In this document: positions 51,726 through 64,000 of the stretch, in pieces | How the letters are laid out: each line of letters begins with the position of its first letter | How positions within the stretch are numbered: position 1 is the first letter of the stretch | Assembly: GCA_951406725.2 (NCBI GenBank) | Contig: OX597821.1 | Location: 19,282,001 to 19,346,000, forward strand | Source: Octopus vulgaris | Lineage: Eukaryota | DNA: 64,000 bases | Direction: 5' to 3' | The notes under the pieces: model-generated | Databases searched by the model: none | The model's input: the letters and a program-made list of their open reading frames with translations, nothing else | What the model was told of the DNA's origin: nothing | Made by a program: the position numbers and the translations under genes

Positions 51726-53604
51726 ACCATCCGACAACTAATGAAGACCATCATCAATAACCAAAGAACAGCTGATAAGAAATGGGCCATTGAGAAAATC
51801 GTATTCAACCCCAAAGTGTTCTTTTCTTTTGCGGAAAAACGCAAGGTCACTGTCTTCACTGTTGCTCCTCTAATTGATGAAAATGGCACTCCCCAAGATA
51901 AGACCAAGTATATGAATGAGATACTGCAAAAACAATACTGCTCTGTCTTCAGCAATCTTGATATGTCCGATCTGGGCTGTATTAGTTATGAACACTCATC
52001 GCACATACTATATTAGACATAACGTTTGGCACTCTTGATGTGTTAGCGGCAATAAACGAAATTTAGCAAAATTCAGCAGCAGGTCCCGATGTGTCCTGTT
52101 TGGGTGTGTGTGTATGTGCTTCTGTCTTAAAGGTATGTCACCATCGGTAATCTGTAGAGGAACCTACTGGTTTTATTCGTAAAAACTTTCTGTCCCAGTC
52201 TGTTGTCCCGGTTTTCAAGAAGGGAAACAAGTTTCTTGCAGTGAACTACCGCCCGGCCTCACACACTTCTCATACCATCAAGGTATTTAAGTGGGTGTTG
52301 AGATCCCGAACAACCCACTTTCTTGAAAGCAACAGACTACTGAACCCCAACCAACATGGTTTCTGTAATACAAGGAACTGCCTAACACAACTCCAGCAAC
52401 TTCTTGAGAGCTTTGTGTGAAGGCTCCATCACCGGTATCATATATCTTGATTTCAGCAAGGTCTTTGACAGGGTTTATCTTTGCAGTAGATCATAAGATT
52501 CTAGTGAAAAAACTATCCAGTTTCTGGAAACTTACTACAATGAATGAAGTGTTTCCTGACAGACCGAACCTATCACGTTGTAGCCGAAGGAGCAAAATCA
52601 AGGCCAGCCAAATTCAGTAGTGGTGTTTCACAAGGCACTGCATTGGGACAGCTTGTTTCATCATCTACATTAATGAAATTCATGACATTACTGACATTAT
52701 CAAGCGCAGCAACATCCGAAACTTTGCAGATGATTCCAAGCTTCAGAAGGTCATCAAAGAAGTGGGTGACCGGACATGGGTTCAGTCTGACCTACAGGCT
52801 GTTATCCAATGGTTGGAAAGGAAATATATGCTGCTCAACGAGGACAAATTTGAGCTAATCCACATTGAAATGGGGATTCCGTGAAACTCCCATACTACCT
52901 TCCTTCTGGTGGCACTCTCGTGGAATCCTACAACATCAAAACTTGGGTATAACGACAACAACATAAGGTGGGATACTCACAAAAAATGCAAAATCGACAT
53001 GATCTGCAGAATGTGCTCCTAGATTTTCAGAGCTTTGATGTCGAGAGATATCCACACTTTTATCTTACTCTTCTCCACTTTTGTCCGACCCCAACTTGAA
53101 TACTGTTATCCACTGTAGTCTCCCCACACGAAACAAAGCGTCATGAAATTTGAAGCACCCCAAAAGTCAATTAAAAAAAAAGATAGATGACAAGACAGAC
53201 CTTGACTATTGAGGTCGACTAGAAGAGCTCAAGTTTTATTCTCTTCAACGTCGCCGTAAGCGCTACATCATGTGCATGATGTGGGAAATATTCCATCAGC
53301 ATTGCCCAAATGATGTTGGCATCACCTTTGAAGTACACCCAAGGATTGGGCCCCGTGCTATCAGTCCACAACGTAAATCACACTCGCATCTCATAACACC
53401 AATACGGTACAATCATTCCACCGCAGTTGGCCCCGCTCTCTTTAAAATTACACCCAAACACATTAAACAGAAACAGAACACTTAAAGTTCAAGAAGTCTT
53501 CGGACAAATTCCGTCAAGAAATTCCGGATAAACCTCTTATACACCCGGATATGTCTCCGTAAACAATAACTCTCTACTTGAGTGGGCCATAGTGTCCGAA
53601 TCCT

Positions 53605-53606
<2 letters not shown>
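51726..53606 (+). mobile_element. Decayed 5'-truncated CR1-clade LINE
   Basis: NPKVFFSFA, ILQKQYCSVFS, SAAGPD, PVFKKG...NYRP, NQHGF, YLDFSKVFD, SGVSQGTALG, FADDSK, RPQLEY, LQRRR. Many stops. Confidence 0.88.
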
Positions 53607-53638
<32 letters not shown>

Positions 53639-53660
53639 TGCACACACATACATGTATACA

Positions 53661-53727
<67 letters not shown>

Positions 53728-54299
53728 CTATGTGTGTCCATCCTTTGAATCTATTTGCCTACCCGTCTGTTTCTCTGTCTGTCTGTCTCTCTACCATGAA
53801 TCCTTCACAAATAGCTAGAACGAAATACCCTTCCTTAAAATACATATATGCATACATATGCACATACATACGTATGTACATATATACATGCATGTATCTA
53901 CACACATATATATATATAGATACACACATACACACACAGACATATATATATATATATATATATATACAACCATAGCCACATGCGCACACACATAGATATC
54001 TATGTATGTGCGTGTGTTTGTTTGTATATACGTGTACACACAAACATGTGTATACATGTATAAAGATATCTGAGTCTATAATTCATTATATATGTGGAGT
54101 AGAGTGTTTCTGTTTTTATCTGTGTTTCTGCGTGTTTCTCTAGCTTTGTTCGTGTATACGTGTGCAGTGTGAACGATGTAAACACAGGAAATTAAAAGCC
54201 ATTAAGAAAGACTCGGAAGAATAAAAGGCAAAATTTTGTTAAGTCGTCTTTCTAAATGGCAGAGAATCAGAACGGCGTCTCACTGTTTCGTCTCGCTCC

Positions 54300-54362
<63 letters not shown>

Positions 54363-54487
54363 CACACGCACGTTTTATGCGCATCCACAAAGACTTTCAC
54401 ATCCCAAAACATATACACCTTCTCTCAAATACATACACAATGAATATACATCGCTACCTACACACGTCTCCTCACGTATACACACAG

Positions 54488-54559
<72 letters not shown>

Positions 54560-55794
54560 GCATATATATAGCTATATATAGCAGCATTCAGTCTGTACAT
54601 TTCTTCGTTTATCATCGCTACCACCAACATAAACCCCGACACCGCCACTAGCAGCGCCTCTGTTACCTCCACTACTAATACCACCACAATTAGATGGTAC
54701 ACAACCTTCGCAACCCATTCATCGATGCAATCAATAGCACAACAATCAATACAACTTAATCATGCCATCTATTTGGCAATTGACAGTTTTAATCAGTTTT
54801 AGGGGAATTTCACTTGAGACTACTTTTGTTGTCCTCCATCCCTTCATCCTGCAACCGTTTGATAAACACTCACAGAAAGATGGCTGTCGCACATACTCAC
54901 ACACATAACCAGACCCACACATATATAAAAATACGTATACACATACGCACATAAATGTGTGTACGTGTGTGCGTCTGTGTGTGTGTCTGTGTGTGTGTGT
55001 GTATGTGTGTGTGTGCCCATGTATGCAGGTATATTTAATGTGTGCGAGCGTGTATGTGGGTATATTTGCTGTGCGTATGTGCGCATGCTTGTTTCATATG
55101 TTTTCACTTTCTATCGCTGAAGATAAACATCGGATTATCAGATGGAGAAAAAAAAAGGCATGAACGCCAAATCACTTTTCAGCTTTCTTTTGTTGAGTAT
55201 GCATATACATACCTCCCCAGATCATACACAGATGCAGACATATTCTCTCTCTCTCTCTCACTCTCTCTTTCTCTTTCACTCTCTCACACACACACATACA
55301 AATATATACACGCGCACAGACAAAGACACATGTACACATATATATATACACATATTTGCTAACATTTATTTATGTGTGCGCAGGTGTATATGTATAGAAC
55401 AAAATACACATATTTATGTATAAACGTACGTATTTATATATGTGTATGTGTGTGTGTGTGTTTTGGGTGTATTTCAAGGCGTGTGGTCTAGCGGTTAGGG
55501 TGTGAAGCTCACGATTTGCGATCGTGGGTTCAGTTGCCGGTCCGAGCGGATTATTGTTTTCTTGATCACAACACTTCCACTCCAATATAAATGGCTAACC
55601 TTGTGACTGACCAGTCTTACCACCAGCGGGAAAGCTGGCATGTTTGCCTAGCTATAGGGTGGCATCATTCAGAAGATAAACCAGTGCTAAGTGCATGGTG
55701 AAATTAATATTTTTGTGTGAATGTATGCATGTCCATGATAGCTAGATCGGTAGATCACAGTTTGGATCGATAGTCCGAGTGGTGCGTTGTGTCC

Positions 55795-55888
<94 letters not shown>

Positions 55889-55952
55889 ACACACACACAC
55901 ACACACGCACACACATACACACACATATAAATACATGATAAATGTGCATTTT

Positions 55953-56015
55953 AAGGCGGCGAGCTGGCAGAAGCGTTAGCACGCCGGGCGAAGTGCTTAG
56001 CTGTATTTCGTCTGT
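55953..56015 (+). mobile_element. SINE family 2, 5' fragment
   Basis: AAGGCGGCGAGCTGGCAGAAGCGTTAGCACGCCGGGCGAA head. Confidence 0.75.
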
Positions 56016-56019
56016 ATTT

Positions 56020-56678
56020 TTGTATGTGAGTATGTATGTATGTATGTATGTATGTATGTATGTATGTATGTATGTATGTATGTATGTATGTATGTATGTA
56101 TGTATGTATGTGTGTGTGTATGTATGTATGTATGTATGTATGCGTGTGTGTGTATGTATGTATGTATGTATGTATGTGTGTGTGTATGTATGTATGTATG
56201 TATGTATGTTTGTGTGTGTGTATGTATGTATGTATGTATGTGTGTGTGTGTGTATGTATTATGTATGTGTGTATGTGAGTATGTATGTATGTATGTATGT
56301 ATGTATGTGTGTGTGTATGTATGTATGTGTGTGTGTATGTATGTATGTATGTATGTATGTATGTGTGTGTATGTGTGTATGCATGTATGTATGTGTGTAT
56401 GTATGTGTGTATGTATGTATGTATGTGTGTGTGTGTATGTATGTATGTATGTATGTATGTTTGTGTGTGTGTATGTATGTATGTATATGTGTATGTATGT
56501 ATGTATGTATGTGTATGTATGTATGTGTGTATGTGTATGTATGTATGTATGTATGTATGTATGTATGTATGTGTGTATGTATGTATGTATGTATGTATGT
56601 GTGTGTATGTGTGTATGTATGTATGTATGTATGTGTGTGTGTATGTGTGTGTGTATGTGTGTATGTATGTGTGTATGT
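56020..56678. repeat. (TATG)n/(TG)n compound microsatellite
   Basis: Seen directly. Confidence 0.95.
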
Positions 56679-56883
56679 AGATAACGAGGGATATTTCGGA
56701 CTGGCGCCACGAAACAACTGTTTTAATTGTTTTCGCAGCTTTTTATATGAATTCCATGTGCGAAGTCTTAGTGTTTACGATGTAGGTGCAGTGTAATAGC
56801 GATTTTGCCTGGCACATGACAAAATGTCTTTGTGGAGTGAAGGCTTCAGTTAAGATAAATAAATATTTTCTTATATACATATG

Positions 56884-57122
56884 TATACAGGGTTGGCCTA
56901 AAGTCACTTGACAGTAAATCAAAACCATTGAATTCCTAGATATATTTATGTTTAACAACTGAATGAATTTAATAAAAACATTTAAATATGAAACATTATG
57001 AAAATTGTTTAAACTGAATTCCTGGAGCGACACATTTTTCCATTCGAGTCAACACAGAATAAAGACAATAATGATGGAATTTTGATTTACTGTCAGGAGA
57101 CATTTTAGGTCAAACGTAGTTA
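56884..57122. mobile_element. Tc1/mariner-type MITE
   Basis: TA-CAGGGTTGGCCTAAAGTCACTTGACAGTAAATCAAAA with imperfect reverse complement TTTTGATTTACTGTCAGGAGACATTTTAGGTCAA. Confidence 0.65.
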
Positions 57123-57407
57123 TTTAAACGTATTTGTACGTGTACATTTTTGTGTATGCACTCCTGCTTGTGTGCAAGTATGGTAGATCTATCCTGATTT
57201 AATTTCCAGTCTTACGTATACGAAAGAATAAGTGAATTAACATCTACATATATCTTTTGACAAAACCAATAATTGTTTGGATTTTCAGTTGTAGATCTTT
57301 ATGGTTCAAGCATATATTTACATTGATACTTGTCTCTGGGAGTTTTATACATACATACATATGTACATAAATAGATACATACATACACACATACATACAT
57401 ACATACA

Positions 57408-57507
<100 letters not shown>

Positions 57508-57959
57508 ATATATATATATGTATAATAAAGGGTAAAAATCATTAATGATATAACCAGGTGGTCAGTGCAAAAATAAAAAAAAAAACATCATAGGTAAATT
57601 TATAATTATATACATAATTGTAACAAAGGATTGGCTATACTCCTCACCACGCATTGTAAAAATAGACGCCAGAAGACACTATAACCACCTTAAATTTCCG
57701 AGAATAACACATTAAGTTGTAGGCAACCAACAGAAAGGTAGTGAATCAAACTTATGGCTAACCGTGTACAAGATACTGTTTCAAGCTTAAAGTAAAAATA
57801 TATTGCTTACTGCTATCATCATCAGCAGTATTACCACTGCTGCTGATAGAAGTATGTAATGCTTTTTACTTTAATCTCGAAACTTGGTCATGTGCATGGT
57901 TAACCGTAAGTTTGATTCACTACCTTTCTTTTGCTTGCCTACAACTTAGTGTGTTATTG

Positions 57960-58389
57960 TCGGAGAGGCCTGCATCAACTGCCTGGAGGCACTTGATGCA
58001 GGCCCCTGCGTTGAATGTGAGGCTACGTGGGAAGATGAATGGAGGCATAACGTTGCTACCACTAATGATCACGCCAAGCACCATGATACTGACTGGATGT
58101 TTGATTTTAATTAGTCTCTGTACATGTCCCAAGATTGCACTTTCCTCAGATTGACACCCAAACACTCTGAAATGTTTCTGTTGGAGCTTCCTGCACGAAT
58201 GCCAAGCAGTACAAATGTCGTTTCCTAATTTCTAGCAGAGTGAATTGCAGTATGGTGCAGTCTTCTCACAGACGGTGCCCAATATACCCTGTTATGCTGT
58301 GTAGTCGACAAAAAAATCAAAAACAAACAATTGAATACGCAAAATTAGAAATATAAAGTTGCGACAATTTACGGAGTGCACTCTGTATA
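57960..58389 (-). mobile_element. Tc1/mariner-superfamily (maT/DD37D-like) deletion relic
   Basis: KHPVSIMVLGVII..SNVMPPFIFP...YIKCL-like motif. Terminus reads TA-CAGAGTG. Confidence 0.6.
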
Positions 58390-58650
58390 TAAATGCCGCT
58401 AAATGGGACTAGGATGCTAGGAATCACTACATTGCCAGAAGAAGAGCTAAGCCGCTCTAATGCTTTAGTCAACGCACATGAATGAAAATATATACACTAA
58501 CAGGGACCATAAATGTCCGAAGTGTCAGTTCCGTCAATTTCCGTTGCCTCATCAGTTAAGACCGCTCGATGGTTCAGCTCTTTCCGGATTCGCTTCACCG
58601 TTAGTATTTATGCTTTCGTCATCCAAATATTGGGATGATTTAGCGAAGCG

Positions 58651-58694
<44 letters not shown>

Positions 58695-58826
58695 TAATAT
58701 AAACAGTAGTTTGTAATGTTTCACCGAAAAGGTGAATTACAAATGTCACTAAGTGTGACTAGGTTGTTAGGAAAGCACCTACACCGGTACTTCTAATCTT
58801 GATGCGCAAAATCATACACACTACTG

Positions 58827-59870
<1,044 letters not shown>

Positions 59871-62769
59871 ATATATAATATATATATATACACACATACA
59901 TATATATATATACATATATTTTCCTACATATACATACACATACATACTTATACATACACAGACATACATATATAAGCTTTATATCTTATGAAACTGTACA
60001 TATGTGTTCGTATGTGTCCTATCTGTACATATCCGTATGTGTATATTACAGCTATATTTTAACGTTTACATGTAAGTTATAATTCCACTTATGGTTCGTC
60101 ATTATAACATTCTAATTAGTCTACTTCTTTGTGGTTTCCTGATACTGAGTTTCTCAAAATTGATACTGAGCAAATTCGAATTACTTCCACCAATAAAGGT
60201 AGATAAAATCAACAATTACAGAAGTCCTTAAACCCCCAATATCTCCTGATTTCTTTAATTCGCTCTAGATGTTTCGCTTATTCTATCGAGTTGGCAACAT
60301 TTTGAAATCTGTTCAATATTCACTATCTACCGATGTGGTTACGTACATTTATTGCTCCCAAATCATCATGTTTGATCTACGGTACCCATTTTACAGAGAA
60401 GCCGACAGAAAATATTCATAAGTATTCTTTTAAGTGATGCCTAGTTATCTGTACCCTTCACATTACTGTATATTCCTATATATTCTTATCTTCAAGACTA
60501 AACTTTCTATGAATTGCAATGTCTTTTGACCATTTCATCACACCTCATCACACCTCATAATCAGATCACGTCGACATTTTCGGATGTCTCCTTATGATAT
60601 AGGTCACATGGTTGGTGTTTTTCCACATAATTTTCATAGTTGTCAAATGTATGTTTTACATGCATCCCCAACCATTTTGTGAATCAAGTCTTATTTTTTG
60701 TTCAAGTATATTCAACAGAGAAATATTTTCTGCATTTGTGGTGAGTATTATTAATCTCGAAACGACACACAAGACGAATTTCACAGAAATAGGGACTATT
60801 TGTGCAGTATTCGCCTGTATTGAAGTTACACTTCGATACATGCGGATTGGTACATAACCTGTTGCTTCAATGACAACATCATAATACGATCGAAGATAAT
60901 GATATTCATTGACAATTTAAACAGCTGCTAGTCACATGTGCAACATCTTCCGCAGAAATGTTACATATCGATATTCAAGGGAATATATTGGGGGTTTAAG
61001 GACTTCATTCTTTCTTTTGTTAAACACGGGTCCTGTAAGTATCACCTGATCCTGGATTTCAAAAGTGTAATCTTTGAAAAGTTGACTGATGTAATGGTCA
61101 AGGATTCAGAGTATGCTGCTTTTGGGGTTAAGGTAAGTATATTTTCCAAGATTTCGGGAAATAAAACAAAACAATGATATCTTAGGCATCGTGTCTTTCT
61201 TCCTGGTCTTGATGTATTTCTATTCGGCAGTTATGGAGCGCAATGGAGGGCGATCGGTGAGTACTGCAACAGGAATTCACCAACGAGTCGAAGCTTGCTC
61301 TCCTTTTCACCTTCGTGCCGACCGTCGATAAATGTATTTTTACTTGTTTTGTTTAGCAAAAAGAGCAAGCAATATATATTGTAATACATCATTCAAAGTG
61401 TATCTCTGCTGTAATGACACAGGAAAAAAAACGTCAATATCGTTATTTTTGCGGAAGTTACCGCTAATGTCAGGACGTTATGAGCTTAAACATTAATGGA
61501 GCATATTTCCTCTATAGACAAGTCAAGTTCTAAAACGCTTGTTCCACATTTCTTACGGCAGATACATTATAAAATATTGCCATGCGAGAGGAATGTTCTG
61601 ATTGCAGCTCTTTCTTTTGTATGTTTACGTGAAATATTTTCATTAATATGTTCGATATATTTGTATATACATGTATGTATGTGTGTGAGAATGCGTATGA
61701 GCGTGTTTTTATGTGTATATAGTGTGCACGTACCTATGTGTGAGTATATGTATGTTTATGGTAAATTGTTTTTCTATTGAAACCTTGAAATAGTTTTTAA
61801 TACGTTTCGATTTAAAAGCCAATCCGATGAATTCCTGTCAATATTGGAAAAATTTTAGTTCAGCTTTAACATGGAATGGTAAATTGATTTTAAGAATCCG
61901 TTAATATCATAAGGAAATCCTTTATCACTTTTTATAAAACATGGCCAACCTTTTCTACTGAGACTGACACGTTTAAGACATTGCTACAATTAAAATGTCA
62001 AAATGGCGTATCAACATTTGTTTAGGCTTTGATTATTTTAGTATTACTTTGAGCATTTAATTCACACACACACACATTTATTTACACAAGCACAATTTAC
62101 ACACTTATGCACACATGTATGTATATACGTATGTATGCATATATGGTTATACGCTTGTGTGTATGTATGTATTTGTACGTATGACGCCAGAGCAATTTTG
62201 TACCGATTAAATTCTTGTGGATTATTTCAGTCGCGGACAATATGTTGCCATCTCAATTAGTCAGCATTCAATTGGTCGCCATTTCAATTAAGGCCCGGCT
62301 AAATTGATCGCCTGCACCCAAGTGATTGTCACCAGAATATGCTAATTCCTTTCTAGTTTCAAGCTATCATGATTATTCTGCTTTTAGTTCAAATAGGCAG
62401 ATGAAAATGGCAAGCGTTTATTTAAACAGGGAGAGAAAAAAGTGTCAAAGAGTTGGTGCTAGTAATCCTCATCGCATTTTAATAGTTTGACTCAACTTGC
62501 AGCGATCAAGAATAAAGATTTTTACTCTAAGTATGAAATACTGTGAGGGTGAATATCAGTAAGGATTCCAAAATAAAAAAAAAATTACTCAGAAAAATAG
62601 CAGCTCAAAATAAAATGTAAAAAAGAAGAACGAGCATGTTAAATGGCTACATTACTGAGTTACGAAGAATCAACAAGTCTTGAGTTTGATGCCTGATAAC
62701 TTTACTTAAAATTCTTGATATACATTGCCAATATGTTCTCAATGTGACGCACGCAAGCACACACACACG

Positions 62770-62801
<32 letters not shown>

Positions 62802-63231
62802 TGTATGTATGTATGTATGTATGTATGTATGTATGTATGTATGTATATAAAGTTAATCCAAACAAGAAAGCACAAAAAAACACAACAACGCGAGGACGTG
62901 GAACAAATATAGTTTTATTGGACGCTCAGGAAAGAAGGAGTGTTTAACGTTTCGAGCGGAGCTCTTCGTCGGAAACATAGGAGAAGGAATGATCCAGAGA
63001 AGGGAAGACAGAGGAAAAAAATCGCCAACGGTACACACGAGGTCAGTAGTGTGTATGATTTTGCGCATCAAGATTAGAAGTACCGGTGTAGGTGCTTTCC
63101 TAACACCCTAGTCACACTTAGTGACATTTGTAATTCACCTTTTCGGTGAAACATTACAAACTACTGGAGAAGGAAAGATCCAGAGAAAGGAAGACAGGGG
63201 GAAAAATCGCCAACGGTACACACGAGGTCAC

Positions 63232-63293
<62 letters not shown>

Positions 63294-63677
63294 CTTACTA
63301 TACATATTTGTTCACATATAATGTGTATGTATATATATACACACACATATGTATGTATTAGTGTGCATGTGTGTGCATATATGTGTATGTATATGTATGT
63401 GTGTTGTGTATGTATGTACGGATGTATGCACCAATGCATCCACATGCACACAAAACCTACACATATACAGCATGCATTTTCACATATCACTTGCTAATTT
63501 ATTGCTGTGCCTGTGTGAAGGCGCAAAGTAGCCTAGAGGTCAAGCAGCTGCACTCATGATCGCTAGATCGTGGGTACGCTTTCTAGAATGACCGGAGCGT
63601 TGTATTCTTCAGCGAGGAACTTCATTTAATGTTGTTCCAATCCACTGAGCGCATTGGCTTTCTGATCTGGAGAAATA

Positions 63678-63810
63678 TATATATTAGGGACCACTCGGAA
63701 GACCTCCAATTAGGTGGGGAGATGATTTAAAGAATATGTTTGGAGCAACGTGGAGAATGGCGGGAGCAGTAGGGGAATGGAGTGAATGCTGTGGTCAGCG
63801 GAGCCGACTA
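63678..63810 (+). mobile_element. RTE-like 3' end fragment
   Basis: RPLGRPPIRWGDDL...W...W motif. Confidence 0.55.
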
Positions 63811-64000
63811 GGTACCAGACAGCCTGGACGATCCCAGTGAAATGAAGTTAACGGGGATTTAACTTTAGGTTTGGTTTCGTTTTTATCCTCCACTACCACC
63901 ACTTTACAATCGGTGTTTCGTTGGTCTATTCCTCCTAACGAAACTGCTTGCAAAAAGACACGGATGAAATAATCATGAGGTACTGGGCTTAGTTTGTCCA

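Noticed and set aside
60100-61450. Non-repetitive stretch that may be a decayed DNA-transposon ORF or host exon
   Set aside because: Short ORFs with no recognisable domain or convincing splice pair.

Overview
Repeat-saturated, AT-rich eukaryotic DNA. The microsatellite density and tRNA-derived SINE repertoire suggest an Octopus/cephalopod genome (inference). No host protein-coding gene can be called with confidence: most ORF-track entries are translated microsatellites and the rest belong to transposons. Recognisable elements include a decayed RTE LINE (10.9-14.1 kb), a near-intact Neptune-type Penelope (48.5-51.7 kb), a GIY-YIG-only Penelope segment with a canonical hammerhead ribozyme (4.1-5.6 kb), CR1 and R4/Dong relics, mariner and maT relics, MITEs, several SINE families and fold-back elements carrying hammerhead-like motifs. 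The most notable structure lies at 17.45-25.56 kb. One SINE is split in its tRNA-like head by two stacked retroelements, separated by three identical copies of a 16-bp target duplication (GGTTAGCAAGCTACTT). One element is a full-length Tx1/L1-clade LINE. The other is a divergent ORF1-only (HAL1-like) partner that shares only the LINE's 3' hairpin and 5' promoter spacing. A second SINE family in the window carries the 3' tail of the same LINE. Together these suggest a SINE-targeting, multi-component retrotransposon system. Two near-identical inverted templated insertions (57.8-63.2 kb) record recent template-switch repair. All coordinates were read by eye, and boundaries of decayed elements are approximate.
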